The position numbers were made by a program, and so were the translations under genes. A DNA stretch of 50,467 nucleotides from Moniliella sp. 'wahieum' (taxonomy: Eukaryota), in the NCBI GenBank assembly GCA_003971905.1, contig RSEE01000155.1:62001-112467 (forward strand), read 5' to 3'. Below, in pieces: positions 25,137 through 37,633 of the stretch; the stretch's first letter is position 1, and each line of letters starts with the position of its first letter. The notes beneath the pieces are model-generated. The model was not told the origin of the DNA, searched no databases, and saw nothing but the letters and a program-made list of their open reading frames with translations.

Positions 25137-25450
25137 GGGGGCGGCAGGGGGCGGCGTGGGCGCAGGCAGGGGGGGCAGGGGGCGGGTGGGGGGGGGAGAG
25201 AAGAAGGCGGGAAGCTTGCGGGCTGCCTTCGTGCCAGCAGCGCCGTTGCCGCTGCCTTCCGCTGTGCTGCCCGCCGGCCGGGGGTTGAAGCATTCCCTCG
25301 CCGCTCACGTAAGCCCTAGCGCACGGGCACACTGGCGCCATGCGGAGGGGGCGGGGGGGGGCAGGCCGCCGCTGGCCGTCTCCTGTTTTTTTTTTTCTTC
25401 CGCCGCCTGCAATTTCAAATGGGCTCGCCCGTCGACGGCGATGCGGGGGG

Positions 25451-25731
25451 CACGTGATGCGGATGTGCGCGCATGGCATGCAGGCGGGGACGCAGGGAGC
25501 GTTCGGCCGCTCGGCGCTCTTAGCCTCAGCACGCAGAGGCGGCCGGCGCGATCTCTAACAGCCGCTGCAGCGAGCAGTGCTATATAGTCGCGAGTGACTA
25601 GTGACTGCGGCTATGACTCGCCACGTGACGAGTCCCACGCAGCAGGGGCACTCCAAGTGCTCACCCGCCCACGCCCCGGCGCACGCGCGCTCCAGGCGGC
25701 CAGCGTGGGATGCACGTCACATGCACACGTG
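25451..25731. promoter_or_regulatory. Putative bidirectional promoter with three CACGTG boxes and TATATA
   Basis: CACGTG at 25451, 25622 and 25726, TATATA at 25581, between the divergent GYF (ATG 25136) and kinase (ATG 26051) genes. Confidence 0.4.
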
Positions 25732-26050
25732 ACCATCACACCGCCCCTCCGCGCTGCAGTGCCCTTGCTGCCCCACCCGGCTCCACCTCGACACGCTCCC
25801 GCCCTCGAGCGGCGCATGGAGGCCAGTCCTCGCCTCCCTTGGGCCCATCCACCTCCGCCTCGCCCGGGGACGACACCCATCGCCTCCATCGCCTCCCCTG
25901 ACCCCCAGCATCCTCCCCCCGCTCCACGCCACCCCCTCTCCCTCCCTCTCCGCTCGCCCTCCACCTGCCTCTGGGGGGGTCGGCCACCTGCCCCGCTCTC
26001 TGCCCTTCCTCTTCTCTCCTCTCCCTCCCCCAGCTCCCCTTCCCACCGCC

Positions 26051-28617
26051 ATGAAGTCCCACCCCAACGAGCGCCCGCGGTGGAAGTCGATCTTCTCGTT
26101 AGGCACTACACTCGGCCGGTCGCGCAAGTCCTCCTCTGCATCCCTCTCCCCGCCCCCCCCACCCCCCGTGCAATCCATCCCATCCCGCGGCTCCGTCTCC
26201 AGCAGCACCCCCCGCCCCTTTCCGCTCCGTCCCAAACGTGTTTCCCACCGAGCGAGCCGGAAGTCGCCCTCTCACTGTGAACCACTCTACCTCGACCGGA
26301 TCCGTCTCTCCTGCTTTCACTGCTTCTACTGCCCCTTCTTGCCCGCCCTCATTGCCCGCCCAAACACATCACAGGCGATCTGCCCCCCCTCTGGCCCTGC
26401 CAGCACATGGATGAGGATGACCCTGGGTGGAAGGAGCTTCAGCCTGCAATCCCTATCAGCACCCTGACTGATACGCATCGGTCAGGGGTGCCTTTTCCTT
26501 CCTATCTGGCTGGTTCGGTTGGTTCGACTGGTTCGTCTGGTTCGACGGGCATCGTTGGCCACACTGCCTCGGCATCGCATACCGGCTTTGCCTCTGATCA
26601 GGAGGGAAGGTTGCGCACGCGCAGAGCTATCTCGGAAACAGGACACAGCTTCGAACCTGCTCTTGCCCCATGGAGCAAGGAACTTGGATACATCTCTCTC
26701 CAACACGACACACTGGGCGATGCATTCTTCCTTTTCGATGGTCAGGAGAAGGATGAAGGGGGGCAGTGCGCTCCTTCATGGCCTGAATTAGTGGTTGATA
26801 AGCGCATCCCCCCTGAATCTGTACCCGAAACGTCCGTTCGCCCCGATTTGGGGCCGGGGCACCGTGTCACGGGGAGCGTATCCGGACACAAGGGGAAGAT
26901 GAATGCGCCATCCAAGGCGGACGTATCGGCGGATTCTTCTTTGATGGGGGACATTCTCCTGGCTCGAGTAAGAAAAGGCCAACATGATCAGAGGGAGAAA
27001 CTTTCCTCTTTCTCTCGAGGAGGGGATCCTCCGCGTTCTAGCAATGAGTCCAAAACTCGCAGCATTCGTGACATGCATCGCTTGAGTGATGGGCGGAAGG
27101 AAGCGACCTATCTTGGCCTCATATCGAACTTGAAAAGGATCGCGATGATCGCCGACATCCCCGAGATGGCCGCAGGAATCCTCCTGCCTCCTCTCTCTCG
27201 GGTGCCGCCCATGCTCATGTGTTCGGCAAAATTACACCCCCGGAGCCCCGAGTGCGGCGAGTTAGTGCTTCTTCCTCCCACACAAATGAGGACCGATCGC
27301 GGCGCTCGCCCGACCGGTGGATCTTCCCTTTTCCTCCTCTCCCCCCGTGGATGGGAAAGAAGAGAAAGTACGAAGGTCCAGTGTTTCTTCTCACCTCGCC
27401 CCCATGAGCGTAGAGGCGGATAGTTCCTCCCCAGCCTTATCCAACGGTGTGGGTGGGACGATAGTGTCGCTCGCACACGAGGGGAGCACTACGACCTCGG
27501 TTCTTCCTGCGATCGGGACAAACGGCTCTTCTCTCCACAACATTGGCCGAGCCTTGTCCCCAACACATAGTGTCATCAGCCCTCATCGCATCGAGGTTGC
27601 CCCGACCCACTTTCACACGCATCCGAATACTAGGACAGGGGGATGTGGGGCGGGTATACCTTGTACGCGACAAGTCTCCGGCTCGCTGTATGCCATGAAA
27701 GGTAAGTGCATGATTCCTCCTGTCGTTCCTAAGCAGGTTCTGACTCCATGAAGTGCTCAATAAGAAAGATCTCCGCCGGCGGCACAAAGTCCGACGGGCC
27801 CTCACCGAGCACATGTCCTCCTCCAAGCTCACCACCCATTCATCGTCCAGCTGCACCACACTTTCCAGTCTCCAGATTTTCTTTTCCTGTGTCTCGATTT
27901 CGCTGAGGGCGGTGAGTTGTTCACTGCTTTGAGAGGATATGAGCCCCCCACACTTGCCGAGAAGGATGCACGTTTCTATGCGGCTGAAGTGGTCCTCGCC
28001 CTCGGGTACCTCCACTCCAAGGGCATTGTCTACCGGGATCTCAAGCCTGAAAACTTACTCCTCACGCGTCAAGGGCACCTGCTCCTCTCGGACTTTGATC
28101 TGTCCATCCGTGCTCCTTCAGGCGACCTAACGGGCTTCCGCACAAATTCGCTCGTCGGAACAGAGGTCTACCTTGCCCCGGAAGTGATCCGAGGGCAAGG
28201 ACATACCCACCTTGTGGATTGGTGGGCCCTAGGCATCCTGGTTTACGAGATGGTCTATGCCTTTAGCCCTTTCCTGGGTGACAACCAAGATGAAACGTTT
28301 GATTTGATCCTGACTTCTGATGTGGACTTCCCGCCTCCGCTCGCCCTCGGACGGACTGGGAGGCAATTTGTCCAACATCTCCTCGCCAAGGAGGAGAACT
28401 GTCGTCTGGGGCAGGGGGGGTGGAGGAGGTACAAGCTCACCCCTGGTTTGCCGGAACAGAGTGGACCTCCCTCTCGCATCTCGACCCTCCCCTGCACCCC
28501 ACAGTTACGGAAGAACCTGCCTTGGAGCTGCTAAAGGATCGACCTTCGGTACCAGATCACCGACCCAGGCCGGATGACCCTTTTGCCACGTTCGATTCGG
28601 TGAGTCTGCATGTCTGA
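26051..28617 (+). CDS. AGC Ser/Thr kinase of the Nrc-2/Fpk1/Kin82 (phototropin-related) family
   Basis: RIEVAPTHF, ILGQGDVGRVYLV, LYAMK|VLNKK (intron 27702-27753, GTAAGT...CTGAC...AAG), HPFIVQL, YRDLKPENLLL, family-diagnostic LSDFDLS, RTNSLVGTEVYLAPE, VDWWALGI, C-terminal DPFATFDSVSLH. Start uncertain (26051 or 26407). Confidence 0.88.
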
Positions 28618-29759
28618 CGCACACAACTGCTCTCCTGATCACCCCCCCCGCCCGCCTTCCTGTCTTCCATCTTCTCTCTCATTTTGATATCCGCCCCGGG
28701 CGGGGCGGTACGCTTATACACATGGTTACGGTTAGAGAATGGCATGGCATCCATCCTCCCCATCATTGTCCCTTTTGTCCCATCACCTTCAATGTCGGAG
28801 TGACCATGTTGCATAACAGTAATACTTTGGCGATTATATGTATTGGAGCTTCTCTATAATACAGTGCTCTGATCGGGCCGAAGCTCATCCTCGACAATAA
28901 TATGACATTAGTGGCATAGAGGCCCCATCATAACGGCGCTGAGTATACAGAGTTGTGTTGTGAGTGTGTGGTGTCATGGGCGGGCCCCGTGAGTGGACTC
29001 CCCCACAGGTATTTGAGGAATAATCCCTTAGAGAACGGAAGGTCGACTCACGGTATTTCGGTGCTTCATTGGGCTGATTAGTGCCATGTCCGAACCTAGA
29101 GCTAGGGAGAGACGGAGAGTGGCCCATCAGCGTATAGTACTACTAAGCAGAGGCGGCTGTTTGCAAGGGTGGTATAAGACAGCATATGCACCTGCTTGAT
29201 GAGCGGTAGTAACGTGTCTGGAGCCTTCGGAGCTCAGGGACGGGGGACGTGGCAGTGGAAGAGGATAAACACTCCCAGGGGGAGAGCTGGGCTGGGACTG
29301 AAGGCGGTGTGGCTGGAAGGGGGACCCGGGCGGCGGGACTGGAGTTGGTTTCGACGTGTCACGAGAGGAAGGCACACGCGACTTAATTAGGCGAAAGTTA
29401 TGCGAGCGAGATACGGGAGCTGGAGAACGGGGTCGAGGAGCGGGGAGGAACTTTAAGAGCCTGTACTGAATCAATTGGTTGGAAACGGGAAGGTGGTGAA
29501 CAGGATAGGCCTGGAGGGACTAAGATGGCGGGTGCAGAAAGAATCTCCACCGACCAGGGGTACAGGCTATTAGATCTAAGCGGGAAGCAAACGCAATAGA
29601 GGTAATAGGAAGGAGAACAAGGAAGCAAGGGAAGGGTTGCCACTGGCGCAACGAGAAACGTGTGGTAAACGAGCACAAGGCGATGAATGTGGCAAGGATT
29701 GCTAGAGTGCGACTTGGGAGCGCTCACGATCCTATATATGGATCAGCTGCAAAGCAGCC

Positions 29760-29922
29760 TTCAGACAAGACGTGAAGGCGAAGTGGTGAGCCACAAGTCT
29801 TCAAGCAACGTCTCTTTGTGAGGAGCAACAGGCCAAGAAAGGAAGCAGAGGCGTACCTTCAGGCAAGGCGTGAAAAGGCAAAGTTTTCAGGCAGGCGTGA
29901 AGGCAAAGTTTTCAAGCAACGT
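29760..29922. repeat. Three ~25-28 bp imperfect direct repeats plus a duplicated 12-mer
   Basis: TTCAG(A/G)CA(A)G(A/G)CGTGAA(AA)GGC(G/A)AAGT at 29760, 29858 and 29886. TTCAAGCAACGT at 29800 and 29911. Confidence 0.8.
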
Positions 29923-30662
29923 ATAAAGGGAAGGAGAAAGGAGAGAAAGAAGAGAGATGGAGCGAGCAGGGCGTGCCCCGCCTGCGAGCGGAACTCTTCC
30001 GCTCGGCTAGGCGAGCGTCACCGAGATCCATTGAGGGCCGTGCAGGAGAACCCTAGCACTACCCTCTAACAAGGATGCCGACAATTTGCTGATAACCACA
30101 CACGCGGGATTCCTTTGGGCAAGAGGCGAAAGACTATATTGTCGCACGGATACGTATAGGACTGTGGTGATCGTGCTCATGGTTTTTAGCTAGGCACGAT
30201 CGGACTGGGTTGGGTTTGGGAGCGAGCTCTATAGTTGCTGGGTATAGAGCAAACGGGCCTCTCAGCGGCCTCAGCGGAGATCGGATCAGAAAATGGTTCT
30301 GATGGGGCCCGTGACATATGGAGTTTATCTCGTACCATATCGGCAAGGAGAGTAAACGCGACCAGACAGTCGCTCAACGCGCTCATCGCGCTCTTCGTTC
30401 TTCTTCTCTCTCACTTTTATATACCTTTTAGTTTGTTATACACCTCTAACCATATCATCGACAGAGCTTAAGGCTGGGACAAGAAGAAGCGCTGTGCCTA
30501 AACATGCCATACCGGACGTGTATTGTTGGTTCCAAACACACACCACATTAGGAAAGCAGAGGAACCGTCAGGACCCTCTGGCGCCCGCCATCCCTTTCCA
30601 TACCCGATAGGTAGCGCGTGTGGGTCCGAATGAATGTGATAATAGACATCCTGGAGCTGTGA

Positions 30663-30872
30663 ATGTTGAACGTTGAACCATCTCCATTGAGACTCCAACT
30701 GATGTGGAACGCCTACTCTCGCGGCCTCCGATATTCCAACCACCAGTGAACGTTGAACGTTGAAGGTTGAACGTGTACGCTGAACGACGGACTTTGGATC
30801 TGAAACCCTTTCTATTCTCCGTGGGAATCGGAAGTTACTTATAGTTACTAGTTTGACTAGTTACTAGTTACA
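30663..30872. repeat. 7-bp-period arrays (GTTGAAC)n and (AGTTACT)n
   Basis: GTTGAAC units at 30663-30678 and 30746-30786; GTTACTA units at 30833-30872. Confidence 0.85.
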
Positions 30873-32499
30873 TGTTTTGCGACCCCTCTCGGAGAGACAG
30901 ACATGGCGGATAATGCATACATGTTCAGGGGTTCCCATTAACCCAGGAGTTCCCATTGAATATAGTGACCACTCTCACTAGGTCCCTTCCTTCCGGACGT
31001 ATAGCCCACACATCGGCCATATAGGCGAGACCCATAAGCTCAAATGCCGCCATGGCAGCAGTGAGATGCAACGGGATCAATCATCAAGATCATCGATCAT
31101 AATATGATCGAACGCCTGCGTGGCCAACACACGCCCGGATCACCACTGAGAAGAGTACGAGTACTGACCCGCGCGTGACCGGCCTGTGACCACACACAAA
31201 ACGCCTGTGCCCCCCCACCTACACGTCCCGACAGCGTCCGACGTTCAACGATCATGCATCATGACAAACACCTCACTGTATCTGAACACTGCAAGTAGGG
31301 CTAAAATTAGGAGAGTAGCCAGGCCACGGCAAGAACGGGCCATGGATGTTGGTGTGAATCATGTAATGCTCCGACCCACAGGACACTCTCCTCTGCTCCT
31401 CTCTTCCTCGTACTATAGTGTTCAGGGAAGCAAAAGCAGTGCGGATGGTGTGTGTGTGCATGTCCAAGTTAAACCATGATGCAGGGTGCATGAAGAGCCG
31501 CCAGCGGCAGCTCTCTCTGCTCATTATAATCGTTTTGCGCTCTCGTATCGATGCCATATATGTTGGGACGTTGCTGTGCCGAATGACTTGCATTAAAGGT
31601 ACCGCTGAACTGTATGTATGGTCACCTAGAGAGGGAGATGCCCCACAAAACACACGATACAGAGCGGGCTGTTATACCCGCGTCTCATCGTGTGTGCACT
31701 GGACGCAGGACGTGGGGTTGGGCGATCACTAGATCACTTCTCGTGCAGAAGATTGCCGTATACTGGTACCTGAGATTTGATCCCAACAGAAGCAGGAGAG
31801 ACGACGAGGACGAGATTCAGCAGTAATTAATAGCACACAATATGAGAACTTGCAAAGCTAATAAGCTGAAGAGACAAGGTCCGCTGCAAACGTTCCAAGC
31901 GCCGGATTACCGCGACCCCTAAATGTGTTTTGCCGGGCTATATGAAAGTACCGTAGTGCTTTTTGCCGCATATCTCACCCTCAATCAACAGGATGGTGTA
32001 GGCTCCGGGAACCACACTGTCCCTCATATTAATCAGCAGATACATCGGCTCTACACTCAAAAGCTGAGTCCTCAGGCCGGCTCAGGTGAGAGCATATGTG
32101 AAGGCCTCGTGCTGTAGAGGATCAAAAAGCAGGGATATATATAGCTTCTCTGTACATTATAATCATGGTGTTGTTGTGGCTCTATCTCACGATTATATAT
32201 CACACGCTCTCCAAAAGTATCAACAGTTGCAGCCGCGTATAGGGCGTTGTATAAGGACAGCACGTGTGTGGCAACTCACAGCCCTTATAGCCCACAGTAT
32301 ACGCGCGTTACGGCCGGGGCGGAAAGACTCTCTAGTAGGCGGCGAGGCCATGTCTCTCTTCAACGCCGCGCATCTGTCAAACTTCCAAGTATAGTCGCAT
32401 TGGTTACAGAGAGAAACCGAGAGATCCTGGGGACCCGAAGGAAGGCATGTGTGTGAGATGTGTGTGATGTAGGACCTAAGGCATTGAAGGTGCGCTGCT

Positions 32500-33135
32500 G
32501 CTTGAAGCTTTTGAAGCTTGAAGCTTGTCTGGATTAAAGTTATAGTACGCTTATTGAGTAAGTGAGAGTATTGGTGCAACAACGCCTAACCCCGTGTGGG
32601 GCTGTACAGGGCTCTGTACTTTCTGGGCATCGGTATGAAATGGACTTCCATCTACATCACAACCAATCCCCGCACGGTTACAACACGACATTGGTTTCGT
32701 ACGCTAGGGACAGCGCAGGGTATATGATACCCTATTCCTATAAGGGTGTGGAAGGAGGAAAGCAAAATCCAGACGGACACGCCACAGCGTAACACTACCC
32801 CTCTTCCCGCTGAGCGATGAATTTCAAAATCGTTGACGCTTGGCGCTTATGCGCTCAAACTTGGACTTGTGAGATCTTAATGACTTGCTTCCTTGACACA
32901 CGGTATCCATCATTATAGGAATTCAAGGTGCAAATAAGGGGGGCGGGGTAACCGGTAAGGAGGATAGATGTGTACTTCTTGCATGCATTGCATCGTCAAA
33001 ATGCCCCAGCAAAAGCTTCAAGCGTGCTCAATTCATCACGTTCATCGATCATCAAACGTTCATGCGTAGTGCATTTCATGCACGGCGCGTTGTTATTCTA
33101 CTCCCTTCAAGCTTCAAGCTTCAAGCTTTTCAAGC
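32500..33135. repeat. Oppositely oriented (CTTGAAG)n and (CTTCAAG)n arrays
   Basis: GCTTGAAGCTTTTGAAGCTTGAAGCTTG at 32500-32527 and CTTCAAGCTTCAAGCTTCAAGCTTTTCAAGC at 33105-33135. Confidence 0.8.
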
Positions 33136-34566
33136 CTCATGAAGGGCAAAAACCGAGCCACGTAGTCTTATGGCTGTCGTTTGTCATAATGCAAACACAT
33201 CCTAGGTGTTGCGCTATTGTTGACTACTGACTATATGAAGGCTGCCTTAGCTTGCATATTAATACACGCAATAGAGAGAGTTTGGTCAAAGAGCGTAATA
33301 TACACACATGCCCACACACGTCTTCTGTATTAGACCGGCGCCACTTTCGGATCCGCACTCTTCAGCGGGTTCCATTCTATGGTGCCACGATTGTGTGGAA
33401 ACGAAGTGTGCGACCACAGCTACCGTGGCACCAACATGTGTCAGCGTCTCTGAGACATTCTGTGACCTTTGACCCGCCAACCACATACACTCTCTCTTCC
33501 AACAAATGGCGAGCCACAACATCCGTAACACACCTGCCCTCTGGTATACCAATTTGTGGGCTTTGTTTTACTGTGATGAAGAGAAAGTCTCGGACACACG
33601 TGTAATAAGAGAGAGCTCAAGTGCATCAATGAAGAGATTATTTCTTCAGCAGCAAAACGCTGGCATCATTTCATTCGTCGTTCCACTACAACAGCCGCCA
33701 TGCATGTGAGCGTGTAGACATCATCATCGTCACCACTATCAAAGGGAACAAACAGGGGTTAATGATCGGTTAATGCTGATGTAGCAGATGCACTCTCGTG
33801 AAACGAACAAGGCAAAGAGAACCCTTTTCTCTCCCCCCTTCCGACCCGGAAACACGTAACATGACCCTAGTATATGGAGACATGGCCAAAGCCCCGCGCG
33901 ATCCCATGGTTGAACGTTGATGCATTGATGGTCGTTAGCCCTAATTTTGCGGTGATATGGGATCACCGGCCTCAAAACGTGTCTTCGTTCCTGGCTATAA
34001 TAATAGTTTCCAGCCATTGGCAGTACTTGATACCGCCCCTTTCACATTGGTTACCTTCGTTCGTGCTTCGCTGGGGAAATGAAGCTACTTTAGCACCATG
34101 CCATCCTTTCCTGCTCGACCGTATGGCGAAACCCTGCCTCTTTCCCGTATGTGATCAAGCACGTTACGCCCGATTCCTTCACAAGGTATGAGTAAGTGTG
34201 GCCACAATTTTTGAACAATAAGAGGCCACACATGGCTCGCCCCTCTGCTGTGGCTGCATAGCCTCAAGCCATGTCAACAGCCAGCAGTTAATCGTTCAAA
34301 TCTTCACCGAACCCCATGTTACTTGATGCTGTTTAATGCACCTGTGCAGAAGCGTCTCTCTCCAGACGCAACTAAGGAAAAGAAAGTAGTTCGCTTTTGT
34401 GTATCTGATGTTCAAAAAGTGCGGCCTTTTCGCTGGGTATGAGCGCACTCTCTTCGCACTGAGATATTTCTTCAAAACCAACACCGCGGATCTGTTCTGC
34501 TCGCTCTTCTTGCCCTTCACCTCCTCCACTCATTCGCACTCACGACATCGAATTTGTCCTTGACAG

Positions 34567-37500
34567 GTCGATTAACCGCACCCAACACTCCTCTTTGCTC
34601 CTACCCGTCAAGTTGTCCAAACTGCTACATCGTCTACTGGGTATGCCTCTCTTTTTCAACCACTGTGAAGAACTCGAAACTAACCATTTAGTCGTCACAG
34701 GGGGGTAAGACCACCTGGATCCAATGGGTCCAATGGCGTGCCACCCAACAACTCGGAGTTGAATGCAGCACTTCCTCCCTCTTCGTTGCCATACCGATCG
34801 CAATTTTCTGAAGTGAAAACGGAGTCAGCTACCTCGCGGAGTATGTTGAACGCCTATGGCCTAGGTTCAAATGGGTCCAACCCCCTTTTGAGGGACAATC
34901 AACAAGCCCAACCCAACCTTTTCGCCAGCAAACCGATCTGAATCCAGGAGCGCGTTCCCAGGCCAGCTCTTCAGTATACCCCTCCGATCGCCCTCAAGTC
35001 AATCCTGTACCCGAAGGACCATGGACCGAGGAGTCCCGCCCACACGGAATGGTGCGCAGGACGGTACGGCAAGGGTGTTTGAGCCGGGTACTTTGCAACA
35101 TTTCCAGGCTGGTAATGTGTACCAACATACCCAAAACGGGAATGTGTACAATCTCATTAATCCATCTTTGGTCATCCGAAGCGAGACAGAGGGCCTCTCG
35201 GGTCTCTCGCTTAACTGGCCACTCCCGCCTGGTCTCCCAAATGTGAGCAACGTTATCCAAGCTGGTCCTCCTTTGCCGTCGAGAAACACGCACCTGGCCA
35301 ATCCCCCCACAGCAGCACCCGTCCCGTTCCCTGTTTACGACGGGTCCGCGCCACAAAGCGCGCCTCGAGACCGAGTGGTACGCCAACCCACTGTTCCCCA
35401 TGGATATCTTCGCCAGAGCAATACCGTCACCTCACTCCGTCTGTGTCTGACTAGGGTGAGGGAGGAGTTGGACCAACGCACACTATCCAATGCGCCTCAT
35501 CAAGTCCCGCAAGCTGCCAGCCTGCCTCTGTCTACCGACTTGTTTGCCACCATGTCAGTGCCTCCGCCCGGCAATACTCGTCTATTGGCTTACCCCTGTG
35601 GACACGGGCGCGCATTCAGTGTCCAATCCTGTGAACATCATGGCCCCCCTTTCCTGTTCCTGTTCTGGGGGATAGCCAGGCTGGGCCCACTCAGTTTCCT
35701 CGTTCTACCTTGGAATATGGTCAACCTGCTGGTCGGGAGTTGAAGAATCCCCCTTTGGTCCACATCCACCAAACCCCCCTGACGGCACAGTCCAGACTGG
35801 TAATTCGGCCAATTTCCCTTGGGGTGGGTTAGCAGTTGTTCCCTCTAACCCTGTCCCGCCTGTCGGTCCGGAAGACCCAGATAACTCCCAAGAGGCAATT
35901 GGGAGGGGTTCCCCCTTCCCAGAAAGAAGGGAGCCTAATATTCCTTTGGTGGGCCCTCTTCCTTCTTTTCGGTACTTGGCATGACCGACACTTTCGCATC
36001 CAAATCCACCTTTCCTCCTCGAGAGCGACTGCGGGCCAGAGTTTAACCAAGATGATGATTCCCCAGACGAGGAGGGTCTGGCCAGCACAGCAACCGTGGC
36101 GGGCAAACGCTCAAAGGTTACACCAGGGCGTAAGCCACCGCAGAAAATTCGGCGCACGAATGGGCAAAAGGGGGCGTGCAGTGGAAAGCCCGGGTTCCAC
36201 CCGCTCGCAGGGAGAGAAAAGAACGGCAACGGGATGTATCTTCTACTAAGCCCGCTGTAGCCAGTGATCCTTTAGTGCGACCATACGCATGCGGGATTCC
36301 TGGTTGCAAGGTGACTTGGGGGAAAATCGTGAACCCGGAGAGACGGAGACCCAGACATTAACCCGCGTTTCTACTGTTTGGCCGTCTGGAGCTTTGGCCC
36401 CGTTCTACGGAATGACAGGAGAGGGAGGTGGGGTCAACCTTGACTCTCCTGGGTTGGCTACCTACTCCACTGGCGCGGAGTTGACGAAGCATATTACCCA
36501 TGCCCACCCAGAAGTTGCAGCCAATTTGCAGGCACGTCGTCGTGCCGAGCGAATCCAAGGCCTGGCTGTGAATTGGGAGCGGCTTATGCGGGCTGACTCT
36601 ACCCGCCAGCACTCAACAGCGTTTGCGACATCGGGACGAATTGGCCCGCACTACTAGTGGTGTGGCGGGCAACAGCGGGGACGAAAATTTCACGAGGGAG
36701 AACGTCGATTGAAGGCGGCTGTGATGGATGGATTGTTCTGCTGCTCATTCCTGGGTGTATGGCAGCCTATCCACGTCTGACAAGTCTGCTATACCACATC
36801 CAAGTTGCGGGGAGGGGGACTCATGGCCATGCGGCATTAACCCCGGAGGACCGCAGTCCTGTGGTAGAAGACCACGCCCACACCGTTCCTGAGGCATCAG
36901 ATGCCCCCGAAGGAAGGTGGAAGGTTCAGATCCATCCAACGAAAGCGGCATGTTGGAACTCTCACTCTCACCCGATGGCTTTTCCTTGCTGATAAGGGGA
37001 CATACATGAAGCCTGAATTGCTACTCGCATTTATGGAGCGCGAGAAGGCACGAGCAAAGTTGGAGCAACGCAAAGTCGAGAAGAAGTTCAAGTTTCCCTG
37101 CCCGTTTACACGCTCTGCCACAGGCTACGCCCCGCGTCTCACAGCGCTCGCCACCGCTATCTTGGAATTGGAGCAACTACCGACCGATCCTTCAGTCCTT
37201 ACCAAGCTGGCCCGCACTTACACCCCAACTCTCTCGAGCCGAGCCCAAGCTCATCCAATTCGGTGCACTCAGCTTCTGTCCCTGGGACTCTGCGATCTCC
37301 AATATGAGCTCTCCTGGGATCCAAGCGGGAGACACGGATGTTACGACAGAGGCCACGACGCTGCAAACTGTCAGTCGATCCAGTACCTCTACTCCTTCCG
37401 GGAGCGAATTGACGGAGGAAGAACTGTTTAACATCCCGTGCTCCAAGGCTTTCCAACAGCGAGGCGGGCTGGTCTATCACTTGGTCAATGCCCACACGGC

Positions 37501-37633
37501 TCTGGTTCTGAAGGTGGTGAGAGTGTACAAGTCCAAGTTTGACAACGAGAACGAAAGCGAACCCACTGAGGCGTCCAGGGGGAACCCAGAAGGGTTGAAG
37601 AGATTGTGCCTTCAGGCCCATTGGGAGCACTGA
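34567..37633 (+). CDS. Divergent multi-C2H2 zinc-finger protein with long P/S/N/Q-rich N-terminus; 5' end not resolved
   Basis: Frame-preserving intron 34641-34700 (GTATGC...ACTAAC...CAG). Finger-like units RPYACGIPGC...YSTGAELTKHITHAH, LFCC/IPGCMAAYPRLTSLLYHIQ...HGH, and FKFPCPF...CSKAFQQRGGLVYHLVNAH. Stop TGA 37631-37633. Many frameshifts. Confidence 0.62.

Noticed and set aside
22938..25319. Long plus-strand ORFs opposite the GYF gene (also those opposite QCR2 and the orphan gene)
   Set aside because: Antisense shadow ORFs expected in GC-rich, low-complexity coding DNA.
30100..34500. Numerous 60-125 aa ORFs in the lower-GC interval
   Set aside because: No motifs or coding-like composition; consistent with chance ORFs.
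9955..35855. Telomerase RNA template or interstitial telomere (CTAACCC at ~9957, 18871, 32586, 35845)
   Set aside because: Isolated single heptamers, none extending to TAACCCTAA or a tandem array.
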